A stretch of DNA of 64,000 nucleotides, taken from Eledone cirrhosa. Lineage: Eukaryota. This document shows positions 27,926 through 41,849 of the stretch, piece after piece. The stretch is taken from the NCBI GenBank assembly GCA_964016885.1, contig OZ024742.1, forward strand, positions 176,142,001 through 176,206,000, in the 5' to 3' direction. The number at the start of each line of letters is the position of its first letter. Position 1 is the first letter of the stretch. The notes below the pieces were generated by a model, which was not told the origin of the DNA, did no database searches, and saw only the letters and a program-made list of their open reading frames with translations. A program made the position numbers and the translations under genes.

Positions 27926-28035
27926 ATATATATATATATCCACCTATCTATCCATCCATCTGTCTGTCTCTGTCTGTATGTTCGTCTGTCCATCTGTTCC
28001 TCCGTTCATCCATACACCCCATCTGTCCATTTCTC
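27600..28035. repeat. Degenerate (TCTA/TCCA/TCTG)n tract
   Basis: Direct reading. Confidence 0.85.
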
Positions 28036-29789
28036 TGTTTACCTAATCAAACAATAGAATGTAAAATGTACACTGTTTTAAACAAGTTTGACATTCTTAA
28101 CTTAGTAGTCCTTTCATTTCATTTCCTATATTTTTAAAACTTTTATTTCAATGTGTTGTTTCTTTACCTTTACCATAAACAACACACAACTACAAGCTCC
28201 ATAATATAAAAAAGTATGTTGCTTGAGATGCACCAGTGCATTAGGAATGCGTATATATATACAATAGTAGATATTTATGACTTTTAGCTATTAGAAAATT
28301 TCAAAGATTTCAACACCAATTTTCATAACTTTCTATCTCTTTGCTTTTAATATATATGGTATATATGGTAGTAGTAACATCTAAGCACACCTTATGAAAA
28401 AATGTTGTCAACATCCATGCTTCTTTTACATTGATATAAAATATTAAAGAAAAGTGATGAAAAAAATACCACAAATTCTTCACTTCTTCACCATTTTGAT
28501 ATTAACTACATGAGAATTGTGTTGTTAACATAAAATTATAAAATTTCCCAACTGAATCCTCATGTAAATTTCAAATATATCATAGTTAATGGATCCATTT
28601 TAGTTTCAGTAACTTCACCAAAGAACTTTAATAATATGAGCCTCAGTAGTGGAGCATACCATCAATCTAGTACACATTAACTCTTTCCATCCTGTAATGA
28701 TTTAGTGGAAAGTATCTAAAAACAAGTTTGTTAATTGAAATGGTTATAAAATCTTTACTACTGAACAGATTGTTGTGAACATTTCAAGTAAGCTAGATTT
28801 AAATTTTTAATGTGACATAAACGTAGTACTGTGTTGTACTGTTCAAGAATGCCATGATAATTCAGTTTCATGTGGTGCAGAGCATTAAAAATTAAGAATA
28901 TCTTGCTAATATGGATTCAGGCATGACAGGATATTAAAAGTAATTAATGGTGTGTTCTCACGTCGTGTCTGGAGACACCTATAATATTTAAACTGGTCTA
29001 AAAATATTACCATCATTATCATCCTCACCTTTTAACGACTATTTTTCCATTCTAGCATGGGTGAGACAAGTTGTTCTTTTGTGAGTCAGGTGATCATATA
29101 TTGCTTATACAGAACTGATTCTAGCTCAGTTTCTACAGTTGGATGCACTTCCTAACACCAATCACATTTACAGCATTGATGTGTGCCTTTCAGCATGGCA
29201 CTAAAATGACCACTTTATAGTGTGGACTGGTTGCTTGTTGTTGTGACACCAACGCGACCAATTTACAGTGTGGACTGGGCACTTTTTCTTGCTTCAATAT
29301 CTAAATCTTAATTATTCTTGTCCCTTAGCAAAAATATATATACCAAATTTTTATATCCTCCTTACAATTTCTCAATTAGGATCACCTTCTTCACTTTGGC
29401 TTCCAAAGGTTTCATTTGAATATTTGCTATTACCATGAACATCTTCACCCCTGTTTAGTTCTCCCTCACTGCTACATCTTGAAAATTAATTTGGGGGCAA
29501 TCTCCAGCTACAGTTACCCAACTCATACACCTTCCCTCTCATCATCTAAATTATGGCTGCCTTTACCTGGAACCCACATTAAATATAATGCTCAATTCTT
29601 CCTCACTCTTCTTATTTCTACTGTTGTCAGTTTGTCCTTATTGAAGTGGAACATCATTATCATCATCATCATAGTCACACATATGTGGGTTGGATGGGTT
29701 GTCACATTTGAAGACCAGATGTGTTGGAGTGACCACATCTGGCTCGTACCTTCTATATTTGACATGGATTTTATGACTGGATGCTATTC

Positions 29790-30125
29790 CTAATGCCAAC
29801 CACATTACTGGATGTACTGTGTGTAATTTGTTGTAGCACTGCCACAACCTTATTACAGAGTGTATTAGGTGAATAATTTGTGGCACCTGCTCTACTACTT
29901 TATAGGATGAACTGACTGTGATTTTTGTGGGATCATCACTAGTATGTTACAAGGTGTTATGGGTGGTTTTTTATAGCACCCAAACTATCACTTTACCGTG
30001 TGTTCCGGGGGTGTTTTTCATGGCACAGAATATTAGAAGTGATCTAGGGGCATTTTTCATGGCACCTGCACAACCATTTCATAGAATGTACTGGGAGCAA
30101 TTTTTTCGGGGCACCAACACTATTG
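29790..30125. repeat. Degenerate minisatellite (unit about 38 bp) related to the RTE 3' UTR
   Basis: Recurrent tta(c/t)ag..tg.actggg...tttt.tggcacc units. Confidence 0.55.
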
Positions 30126-31171
30126 TCTAAACTGAAAAGTCTACATGAAGTCTTAGCAGAATTGATTTCACTAACCCTAGAAGGCCTATAAAGTCCTAGA
30201 CATAGATAATTCTTCCAAGATTCATCCTACTATTGGTCAATTTATTGATTTATGACTTAGCTGGTAGGCAACATATCATCATCATCATCTAGCAAGATGT
30301 GAACTACTTAGTGTATAGCCAAATATGATCCTCTTCCTGTCATCTCTGTACATCCATCTGAGTGGTTGATGAACTGGAGCATATAGCTATAGCATCCACA
30401 CAAATTGACCATGAACCTAATAATTGCTCAGGATTTACTCCCATAAAAGGGGATTGTACCATTTGCTCTTATGAAGATTATTCCCTTTGGTTGGCAGAAG
30501 AGGTTGTAGGTTGAAACATTCTTAATATTATTGAGTATTAGGAATTATTATATGTAAGTGATCCAACCCATGAAAGAATAGACGAATGGATATCAAATGA
30601 TGATGATAATAAAAAAAGAAGCAAAGCAATGCCTGGTACAGAAGACACTTCAGTCTTGTCAAGCACATGACAAACCCTCCAGTGCTGGTGCCATCATAAA
30701 ATGCACCTAATACACTGTGTAATTTGGTGGTTTGGTGTCATGAAAAATTGCACTCATTATACTTTGTAAATGTGCAGTGGATTGGCACTATTGGAAGAGC
30801 ACCAGGCACCATGCTTTGTAGCATTGAGTTACAACCCATTATGTTCTGATTTCAAATCCTGATGAGGCTAGCTTTGCCTTTAACCCTTATGGGATTGATA
30901 AAGTAAAATACCAGCAATGCCTAAATCAGAAACAACTATTCTCTGTAAAGGGGTTGGCATTAGAAAGAGTATCCATCTGTAGAAACTGTGCCAAAATATG
31001 CAACATATGAGCAAGAAAAGTTTGTCTGAGCTGTCATGTCCCCGATCATGACAAAACATTCAGCCCATAGCAGCATGGAAAATGGATATAACATAATAAT
31101 GAGGCCATTGAGAATGTCCTAGATCACGAAGAAACGTTCAGCCCATACCAGCATGGAAAATGGATATAAAA

Positions 31172-31580
31172 TAATAATTGTTTCTACTTTTGGCATAAGG
31201 CCAGCAAAATATCCCAGTGTATTACTGGTACTTTATTTTATCGACCCCGTAAGGATGAAAGGCAAAGTTAATCTTGGTGGGATTTGAACTCAGATCATAA
31301 AGGGCCGTAAGTCTATGATGCAAAGCATGGCGTCTGATCCTCAACAGATACTAATATCCACCGCTCTTATAAAATAATTGTTTCTATTTTTGGCACAAGG
31401 CCAGCAAAGACCCAGTTCATTACGGGTACTTTATTTTATCGACCCCGTAAGGATGAAAGGGAAATTTAACCTTAGCGGGATTTGAACTCAGAATGGCAAG
31501 GGCCATAAGTCTATATGTCAAAGCATGGCGTCCGACCCTCTACCGATACTGCCACTACCGATACTGCCAATCCACCGCCT
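31172..31580 (-). mobile_element. Two head-to-tail SINE family 1 copies
   Basis: Units start at about 31175 and 31375, each aataattgtttcta...atccaccgc. Confidence 0.85.
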
Positions 31581-32801
31581 TATAAAATAATAATATATAA
31601 TATATAATAATAATGGTTATATAAAAGAATAATGATGATATTGATAATGTTCTGAGGTAACTCCAATTCAAATTACTATTTATTAAATTCAGAAAAGAGA
31701 TTACATATTACATTTGTTTTCTAGTTGAAACTTTTATTGAAATACTACATTTAATAAAGCACATTTGTCTTAAATTCAAATGTCGAATTTGAAGTGAAAA
31801 TATAACAAGAAATTCTTTTAAAATCAATTGCAATCACAGTTAAATTGCTAAACAGCTGGTGTATTGTAGTTAGTTTTTTTATTATTTTCATCTGTATTCA
31901 CACAAAATATGAAACTATATTACTTTCTAAAATATCAGAAATTGGTTACAATGTTTGATTTATTAGAAGAATGTCTTTATCGTTTCTTTTTTTATATCAT
32001 AAGAAAAATATATAAATAAATGATTAATATAAAATTAATTGTTTCTACTTTTGGCACGAGGCCAGCAATTATCCAGTGCATTACTGGTACTTTATTTTAT
32101 CGACCCCGTAAGGATGAAAGGCAAAGTTAACCCCGGCGGATAAAATTAATGACAAATTGATAAAAGCTTTATTCCTTTTCAAATTTCATTTTTCTAGTTA
32201 ACCACATTAATATTATATATATACACACAAACATACATTCATATATATATATATATATTTGTGTGTGTGTGTGTGAGACACATATACGCATATATATACA
32301 TACATGTATGCATATATACACAACCATGGCTTTGTTTTTTGCTCTAATATAAACACAAAGTGACTCCAAATCAACACTATCCACAAACGCAAGCAAAACA
32401 TATTCTCCATATACTTACATTCAATCTGACCTACAGATACATACAACATTGGGTGTAATCATGTTCTTCATAACCATACCAAAAACACTCCCATGTGTGG
32501 ACTGTAAACAATTTCAGCTACTCCTCTCTAGAGAGGAAAAACATACATTATCCTTATTTTTGTTTCCTCGGATGTCAGCTATCCCTGTGCCCCTGTGTAG
32601 AGAAGTATGTTATTATAGCAATGGTATATATGTTCGATAGAATATTGAAAATATCAAAATATTTTTTTCAAAATCATGTTCATTTAAAAATAATTTTTAA
32701 ATAATTAAAATATACACAGACATGTATATAATATGAAACTGGAAGGCCCGTATATATACGTCTGTGTATGTATATATATAAATGTGTGTGTGTAATACAT
32801 A

Positions 32802-32837
<36 letters not shown>

Positions 32838-33093
32838 TGTATGTCCTTCTGGTTTTATAATTTCACAAAGTTTTACCAATAGAGAGAGATTCGGTTTCTA
32901 ACATAGACACAAGACTCTCTTTTATGTATGCCTGTCTGCATGTGTAGATATGGATGTTATTGTATGTGTGGAGGTGGATGTTTTGAGTTGTATGTGTGCA
33001 TGTGTATATGCTTTGTATCTGTACATGTGTATATGCAGTTATTAGATGCAACATTTTTGGAATGTTTTACATATTTTTACTGTTCCATTAATG

Positions 33094-35142
33094 CAGGGGT
33101 CACCAAATTTTTTTCAACAGTGGGCCGGATAACTGAAAGAATGACGAGCGCGGACCGCATAATCATTCTGTTCAATATTGGCAAGCCAGAACGAAAGCTC
33201 TGGTAAAAAAGACGAACCACTACGTTTAGCATTCCTTGTTAATCATGGGTGAGTGGCGTGCAAGGCACAAAAAAACAAAAACAACCAACATATTTATTTA
33301 CTAAAAAGTTATCAAAGAGGCGACGTTAGAAAAAATATAGTTACATCAGACCTAGTGTGTACATATCCGAATCTTACAAGCTAAGCAGCAAAAAGGGTTA
33401 GTGAGATTTGTGAAACTGACGTTTGGCTTTCAAGATATCATCAATGTTTGGTTTGGAATTGCTGCATCCAATCAAGAGAATTGCTTTCAAATGTCAATCT
33501 CGTTCGATGTGTTGACTTCACATACTTCATTTTTGAAAATGTTTGCCCACAGACATAAGTTGTTCCAAACAATGATGCCATACTAGCGGCAAATTTCTTC
33601 TATTTCGGAAACTCAACATCTGGTAAGAAGCGGTAAAATTCAACAAGTTTTCCTTCTCGGTGCTTCTCTTTCAACAAGTCATTTGCTTGCAAATCAATGA
33701 GCTCCAACTGTAGTTCAACTGGCACATCATCAAGGTTACAATCAAACGGATTCTGGAACAGAAGAATGTCACTCTCAATTCTGTCGAGATTTGAAAATCT
33801 CTCCAAAAAATTATTCTTCAAGTCACGAATAATCTTTTTAGGAACATCGAGGTTGACATCTTCAGCAATTGTAGTGCAAAACTCTTTGAAACAGTGAAAA
33901 TGAGAGAAGTTTTCTCCTTCCAGTTGTGCTTCAAACAATGACAGCTTTCTCCGAAATCCTTTAATGATTCAGTAGAGATCATAGACGGGGTTATCCTTTC
34001 CCTGAAGTTTCAAGTTCAGTTCATTCATGTGGGATGTGATGTCGACCAAAAATGACAACTTTGACAGCCAGGTAGGATCTGACAGCTGTAGATCAGCTCT
34101 ATCTTTTTCAGTGAGAAAAACATCTATTTCGTTTCGGAGCTTGTAAAAACGAAACAGGACTTTACCGCAGCTGAGCCACCTCACTGGTGTGTGATAAGGC
34201 AAGTCACAGAAATCAGAATCAATTTCTTCAAGAAAAGCTTGGAACTGACGCTAATTGAGTGTATGTCCCCGAATGAAGTTCACAGCAATGTTTTCTGCAC
34301 TTCCATGAAAATGTCTTTTCCAGTTGTTGTTCCATGCATGCAGCAAATGGATGCCAACTCTTCCATTATCTGAAAGTCCAAATTGACACCACGAATGAAC
34401 ATGAGGAGTTGTGACGTACTCGAGAGATCAGTAGACTCATCCAGCGCCAGAGAATACCACAAGTTCCTAGCTTTCACGCGTATCTGTAGCACTATGTTCT
34501 CTCCAAGTTCTTATGTTCTCCGCACAACTGAACTTGCCGAAAGGCTGATACTTTCAAACAAATCGGCTTTCTCAGGACACAAGTCATTTGCTGCTTCCAT
34601 CATACACTCTTAGATGAAGTTGCCATCGGTAAACGGTTTTCATCCCTCTGCCAACTTATGCACTATTTTGTAACTTGTACGAGTGACAGATTCATTTTCA
34701 GCAAACTTTATCGTGAAGAGATTTTGTTGAGTTTCTAAACCACGTTTCATGGACTCATATTTCTCAGAGCGTAACTTTTCAGAAAACTTTGAATATGTTG
34801 ATAGATGTTTTGTTTCATAGTGACGCCGACGATTGTACTCTTTCAAAACGGCAACACTTTCGCTGCATACCACGCAACTAGATTTCTGGTCCTTTGTTTC
34901 CACAAAGAAGTACTTTACTCCCCATTCTTCATTGAAAATGCGACACTCGGCGGCCACTTTTCTTTTCTTAGTAGCCATATTAAAGGGTGAAGAAAACGGG
35001 ATCTGAAAATGAAAGAGACATTGAATTAGAAACATCTCGTGTCCATCCGTTTTATCACGCAAATGCAAGTACCGTTGGCGGTCCTGATGAACTGACATCC
35101 CGGGCCTGATCCGGCCCGCCGGCCGTAGTTTGGTGACCCCTG
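33094..35142 (-). mobile_element. hAT DNA transposon (SPIN/Charlie-type, GTF2IRD2/EPM2AIP1-like transposase)
   Basis: TIRs CAGGGGTCACCAAA at 33094 and TTTGGTGACCCCTG ending 35142; 8-bp TSD cattaatg/aattaatg. Confidence 0.95.
33398..34978 (-). pseudogene. hAT transposase, disrupted
   Basis: MATKKRKV...CVVC...RRHYETKH (zinc finger), SLALDESTD, VRWLSCGKVL, LQLELIDLQ; stops, frameshifts and an internal deletion. Confidence 0.92.
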
Positions 35143-36345
35143 AATTAATGGATTGTAGTTGTAATTTCCTAACTAGTTGTGTTCTTTCTGTTCCTGTGAA
35201 GCCTAGCTTCTCAACATTAGTATTGAGGCAGTTACTAACATACCCCAGTGCCCCAATAATCACAGGCATAAATCTGAAACTGTAATCTGGGTGGTGTATC
35301 TGCACATTTCTCATCAGTCCTGCATAAATATTCTTCTTTTCGATAATCTTTGATATTATATTGGCATCTGCTGGGCAGCTAATTTCCACGACTGTGCATG
35401 CTTTCTTCTCCCTGTCCCATATCATAATATCTGGTCTGTTATGTCTACATTTTATTGGGGTTTTTACTGGAACATTCCACCAGTACTATTTCATATTATG
35501 TACATGGATGTCTTCCACATTGCTGTAGCTTTTGATGTGTTTATTGTTTATTATCGGGGCTATCTTTTTTACGAACTGCATTGTACAGTGTTTTGGCCAC
35601 TACATCGTGCCTCGAAGGTAGATAGTACCGCGATGATATCTTTGGACAGCTGCTGATGACATGGGTGATATCCTCGATGTTAGTTCTGTAGAGTCTGCAC
35701 TTGGTATAACATCTAGGTGATTTGCCTGGATCCCTATTTCTTTTATGAATCAGGTATTTCGTGTTAATCCCCTGTTCTTGGATTGCAAAAGCATATCCTT
35801 CAAAGTGGGAGCCAATATAGCGGTTGTTGGTCCAAGATAGACTACTTTCCTTATCTATATTACTCTCAGTCTGGAGCTTCCTGGCAACATATCCATGCAT
35901 GATTTTTTTATGTATGTATGTATGTATGTATATATGTGTGTGTATGTATGTGTGTGAATATGTGTGTGTGTGTCTGTAGTCTATATGCACTGGTCATAGA
36001 CACACACACACACATATATATACACAACAACACCACCAGCTCTCTTCCATTTTACTTCTCTGTATCCTCGCCCTCTCTCTATCTCTCTCTTTCAATCTAC
36101 TCTGTCTCAACCACTATCTCTTCCCCTCTATCTTTCTCTCTCTTTGTTTTTGAAGGTACCCGGAAAAACCCCATGTCTCGGGAACCTGTGGTCCGATTTA
36201 TGAGAAACTTGTTTCATTCCATTTGTATCCCCATTTCAGGGGCAACCTCCTTTCAAAGTATTTTCCCATTATGCACTCCTTCGGCTGTATTACATTACAG
36301 ACAAGCAATCAAGCAATCACAGTCTCTTAGTAATATATATATATA

Positions 36346-36861
36346 AAGTAAGGATATTTTCGAAACAGCGAGTGAGTTTGAAATTATAAATATAAGCTAT
36401 CGCCGTATTTTGACTAAAGAAATTAAAGAAAATTATTTAGCCTGATAGTGGAGTTAAGAACCCTCGGAGAAATGGAAAAAGATCAGTATTGACGTACATA
36501 GGAGTCGAAACCACATCTTTGGTTATCCAGACAACTAACTAATTTTCTTTAATTTCTTTAGTCAAAATACGGCGATAGCTTACATTTATAATTTCAAACT
36601 CGCTCGCTGTTTCGAAAATATTCTTACTTGACATTTACAGTTGCTAAGATTATAGCTTCTAATTCGAATGGAAAAAGACAGGTGATGTGTTGGTGTAATA
36701 GTAGCATAGTGGTCTGGATAAACAAAGATGTGGATTCGACTCCCATGTACGTCAATACTCATCTTTTTCCATTTCTCCGAGGTTTCTTAACCCCACTATC
36801 AGGCTAAATAATTTTCTTAAATTTCTTTAGTCAAAATACGGCGATAGCTTACATTTATAAT
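36346..36861. mobile_element. Inverted-plus-tandem unit (about 270 bp) with tRNA-like head
   Basis: 36541-36592 repeats at 36810-36861, and 36346-36537 is an inverted copy. Contains TGGTGTAATAGTAGC and GGATTCGACTCC boxes. Confidence 0.7.
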
Positions 36862-36987
36862 ATATATATATAATAGAAAAAAAACAGGAAGTTTCGTTTA
36901 TATATGAAAAATATTTATTATCTATCGAGTGCATAGAATGCTTGAATTGGTTCCACTGCCAGTATTTCACCTTTCTACCAACACACA

Positions 36988-37057
<70 letters not shown>

Positions 37058-37240
37058 TAATAAAAACAATGAATAAAAACAAAGAAACAGTTCCTTATAT
37101 TAAAATATTCATCATTTTACGATCGTTCTAGGATATATATGTGTGTGTTGGTATGTATATCATATAGATCTATGTAAAAATTTTACAAACTATCAGAGGG
37201 AATATACATACCTACACTATATGCTGTCTTCAGAAATAAT

Positions 37241-37431
37241 TGTTTCTACTTTATGCACAAGGCCAGCAATTAGCCAGTTCATTACTGGTACTTTATTTTA
37301 TCGACCGCGTAAGGATGAAAGGCAAAGTCAACCTCGGCGGGAGTTGAACTCAGATCGTAAAGGGACGTAACTATGCTGGAAAGCATAACGTCCGACCCTC
37401 TACCGATACTGCCAATCCACCGCCCTTCACC
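37241..37431 (-). mobile_element. Full-length SINE family 1 with 19-bp TSD
   Basis: gctgtcttcagaaataatt at 37223-37241 and 37432-37450. Confidence 0.9.
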
Positions 37432-37758
37432 GCTGTCTTCAGAAATAATTATATTTGTTTATTGAAAAAAACCAACAAAGATTACATATATATATATATG
37501 ATTCTCTGCATCTCCAAAATGTCTGACTGAATACGCTCATTTCCACCTTTTTTTCTCATTTTGTTCCTGTACCCTCCTTTTCTCACTCTTTATATTTCTA
37601 CTTATCTTCTATTTTCAACTCTATCTACTGATGAAGGACTAGTGACCAAAATGTTAAGACACTTTTCCTGCTATTTCAAGTATTAAAATAAAATATTCTT
37701 CAATGTACTGTGCCATTTTTTTGTTATTTCTGTTTACCTTTTATATATATATATATAT

Positions 37759-39585
37759 TAACTGCTACAAGGGTAACTATAGAGGCATTAAATTAATTGA
37801 CCAGGTCATGTAGGTCACAGAAAAAGTAATAGCACAACTAATCAGAGAGCAAAATGATCTAGATGAAATGCAGTTCAGGTTTGTGTCAGGTAAAAGTTCC
37901 ACAGAGGCTCTTTTCATTGTACGGCAACTACAGGAGAAGTACCTAGCTAAAAGTAAACCCCTATACTTAGCTTTTGTTGACTTGGAGAAAGCCTTTGACA
38001 GAGTCCGACGCGCCATTATTTGGTGGGCTCTTAGAAAACTAGGTGTAGATGAATGGCTTGTGAGAGCTATACAAGCCATGTATAAAGAAACAGTCAGCAA
38101 GGTTAGAATTAACAACGAATATAGTGAAGAGTTTAGTGTAAAAGTTGGTGTTTATCAGGGCTCCGTCCTTAGCCCCCTCCTATTTATTATCGCTCTCCAG
38201 GCTGTAACAGTGGAGTTCAAGACCGGCTGCCCCTGGGAACTTCTATACGCAGATGATCTAACGCTCATAGCTGAATCAATGGCTGAACTAGAGAAGACAT
38301 TCCAAACAAGGAAGTGTGGCCTAGAATCAAAAGGCTTTAAAATTAACATGTCTAAGACTAAAGTTCTAATATTTAGGAAGGAAAATAGGGCACTGGTCCG
38401 ATCTGGGAAATGGCCATGCTCAGTGTTTAGGAAAGGAGTAGGCAGAAACTCCATTTTATGTCCCAAATGCAAAGTATGGGTGTATAAAAGATGTAGTTGG
38501 ATCACAGGTAGGCTAACTAAGAATATAGATTTTATATGTGGCCAGTGCTCAGGTGCAATAAGTAGCAGCAAATGCCCACAGAATGCTAGCTCATTCCATT
38601 TCCTAGATAGTTCTATAGAAATAGTGAACACCTTCCATTACCTGAGTGACAAAATCAGCAGTGGTGGAGGGTGCTCTGAAAGTACAGTAGCTAGAGTCAG
38701 AACAGGATGGAAAAAGTTCAGAGAGCTTATACAACTATTGGCTGCTAAAGCTTTCTCCCTAAAAATGAAAGGCAGGCTGTATGATGCCTGCATACGAACA
38801 GCAATGTTACATGGCAGTGAGACATGGGCATTATGTGCAGAGGATCTACGCAGACTGGAGAGGAACGAAGCTTGCATGCTCCGTTGGATGTGTAATAGTA
38901 ATATACGTGAACGGCAAAGCATAAATGAGAAATTAGGAATAAGAGGGATCAGATGCTATGCTGTTTACACGAGAGAAGACTATGTTGGTATGGTCACGTG
39001 ATGCGCATGAAAGACGACAGCTGTATAAAAAAGTGCAGGGCGATCAAAATAGACGGTAGCTACGGAGTAGGCAGACCCAGAAAAACCTGGGACGACTTGA
39101 TAAATTCTGACTTCACACACTTACAACTCTCCAAGACAATGTCACTGGAGCAAGATCTTTGGTGCTACGCAGTAATACAGAAGACCCGCCTTGCCTAAGT
39201 ACAAAGCGAAACCTCCAGTCAGTAGGCACCTCTTAACCAAAATACACCCCCGTCCCACTACCCCTACCCCCACCCCCGTGCACACCACCCCTTTTGATGT
39301 AAAGTAATGTTGGTACCACAACATCCAGTCCTAAATAAATGAGGTCGTGTAGGTGTCACGACAAAAAAACACACAGTCCTTGCTGTAATGTGGCCGTGTA
39401 GGTAACTCGGTAAAAACCTCCCAGTCCACACTGTAAATGTGGTTGGTGTCCAGCCGTAGAAAACCCGCCAGACAGTCCTATACGAGCAAGACAACCAATC
39501 TTGCCTCGAGTGGGGTAATTCCCGTCCAAACCCATGCTAGCGTGGAAGATGGACGTTAAATGATTATGATGAGGAAGATGATTAT
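37759..39585 (+). mobile_element. RTE-clade LINE, 5'-truncated, with RT ORF remnant 37868-39198
   Basis: AFVDLEKAFDRV, GVYQGSVLSP, LLYADDL, internal Cys-rich finger, frameshift near 38950, then a 3' UTR ending catgctagcgtggaagatggacgttaaatgat. Confidence 0.95.
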
Positions 39586-39588
39586 ATA

Positions 39589-39623
<35 letters not shown>

Positions 39624-39917
39624 GTGCAAAAAGTAAATGGAAACACCAAAGAAAACAATACAATACAATGAAGAAATATATTAGCTTTGATGCTTGATAT
39701 GGTAGGGAAAGTGTATTTAACTTTCGCACAATAGTCCTTCATCAGAATATAGAATGAGAAATAAAAGATGAAATTGAAAATAGAGAGTGGGAAGGAAAAG
39801 GAATGGAAAGACATTTTTTGAGAAAAAGTATGTGTGTATTCACTCACCCTTTTTGGAAACAAAAAATATATAAATATATACATACTGATATAAAAAAAGC
39901 AAGAAAGTGTGATATAT

Positions 39918-40112
39918 ATATCATCATCGTCATCATTTTACGTCCGCTTTTCCCTGCTTGCAATGGTGGGATGCATCCTATTCAGCAAAGCATCTCTCCA
40001 CTTGTGAAGGTACCTCGTCATCACAATGAGCTTCAGCGATCTGAGGTCTGCTCTCACCACCTCCGCCCATATTTTTCATGGTCTTCCTCTACTGGCATTT
40101 CTTGGCACTTCT
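39918..40112 (-). mobile_element. RTE 3' fragment
   Basis: (CAT)n tail; minus strand reads ...KIWAEVVRADLRSL. Confidence 0.6.
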
Positions 40113-41572
40113 TATATATATATATATATATGTGTGTGTTCATTTCCCCACTTATGCTGATGTTACTGAAGATTTATAAATAATAATAAAAAGAACAAGA
40201 TGTAGCAATGTTCAATGAAGCTTTTAACATTTTTTTTCATATATCATTCAGTTAAAATTGTATTATTATTTTGGTATTACAAGATAATTTATTGAATAAT
40301 TTCATCAGACCAAATAATTGTTGAAATCTTGCTTTATATCTCTATATAAAAACATTGATTATACATATATATATGTATACATCTCTCTCTCTATATATAT
40401 ATGTATATATAAACACACACACTTACATGTGTGTGGGAACACACACATATATATATATATATATAGACACACACATATATATATATATATGCGGGGGGAT
40501 ATATGTACACTGATTGAAGTAAATTAATTATTTCACTAGATACTTGCTTACAGGCCAGATCACTTTTAATTTTAAATAAACTAAAATATATTTTATTTTT
40601 ACTGTAGTTCATTTATTATACAGGAATTATTAAAGGAAAAGTAGAATGTTTTATTTTCTATTTTCTATTTGATCAAAGGTTTTTTCTTTTAATTTTAATT
40701 TTCTTTTTTATAAATCTAAGTGAAGAAAAATATGGAAACAAACAAAATATAATCTGGTTGGATTGAAAATCAAACGACTTATCATCATCATCATCTTTAT
40801 TAGTATTATTATTATTATTATTATCATCATCAGTTTAACACTATTATTGTATTATAGAAAACTAAAAGAAATTTTTATTATTATCATTATATGAAAAAAA
40901 ATGAAATCATCATCATTATTATTAGTATACAGGATAAATTAATTCATCATAATCATCATCATCATTAATATCATAATCATCATCATCATCATTTTTATCA
41001 TTATTATTATCCTTTCCGTTTTTCTTCATTTTAATATTTTGGTTTTTGGTTTTTAGTTTTTTTGCCTCAGTATTATAAAGTAGTTGTTATTATATGGAAC
41101 ATCAATCATAAGTGTATAATCTCCTCCTGATTAAATATTTTATAGTATAAAAATTCCTTTCCAACAAACACACTGTTTGTGCTTTCATTTGGAAGAAGAC
41201 TTCCACACCCCTCTGTCTGTATAGCAAACAGACAGACAGACAAAAACAAAGACAAATATAATAAATAAATATAACAAACACAAAACATTATGTGTTTAAA
41301 TGCAGAAATAAACATTTTAAACTAAAAATTAAACCGTCTTATTGAATAATTTTCATCTATCTATTCATCTCTCTCTCTCTTTCTTTCTCTCTCCCTCTCT
41401 CTCTCTCTATCTCTCATATATGTATTATTTACATATATATATATAGAGAGAGATAAACAAAACAAGGGTTAACTTTAAGGTCTTTATTGAATATGCACAG
41501 TTATGACCGTTTCACAGATGAGCAGCTCAGGATCCATGTTAATCTTATGGACCTGACTCCAGCCCAAACTGC

Positions 41573-41605
<33 letters not shown>

Positions 41606-41849
41606 ACGGTTTAACGTCCGTGTTCCACGCTTGCATGGGTTTGGACGGGGGTTTTCCCCAATCGGATCTATAACATTAACATGGATCGTGTGGCACCCAT
41701 CTGTGAAATGGTCATAATTGTGCATAATCAATAAAAACCTTAATGTGAAACCTCATTTTCTTCTTAATATATACTCTCTGACATAACATAAAGTGCTGAT
41801 TTTGGTACTGGTACCTTCTTCAGTAAACCACGAAGCTACTGAAGCACTT

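Larger units (their letters stand above)
33042..35905 (-). mobile_element. R4/Dong-like LINE 3' end (zinc knuckle and restriction-like endonuclease), split by the hAT
   Basis: CRLY...EDITHVISSCP...RHDVVA and RPDIMIWDREKKACTVVEISCP...PVIIGALG. The ORF ...LQLQSIN continues beyond the hAT as GTVKICKTFQKCCI* (33042-33093). Confidence 0.88.

Noticed and set aside
29790-30125. CRISPR-like periodic array
   Set aside because: Degenerate minisatellite without unique spacers, in a eukaryotic context with no cas genes.
37625-39755. Active hammerheads at about 37628(+) and 39715(-), also 52110 and 54570
   Set aside because: One recurrent repeat family, but each copy has a broken core or stem; counted only as relics.
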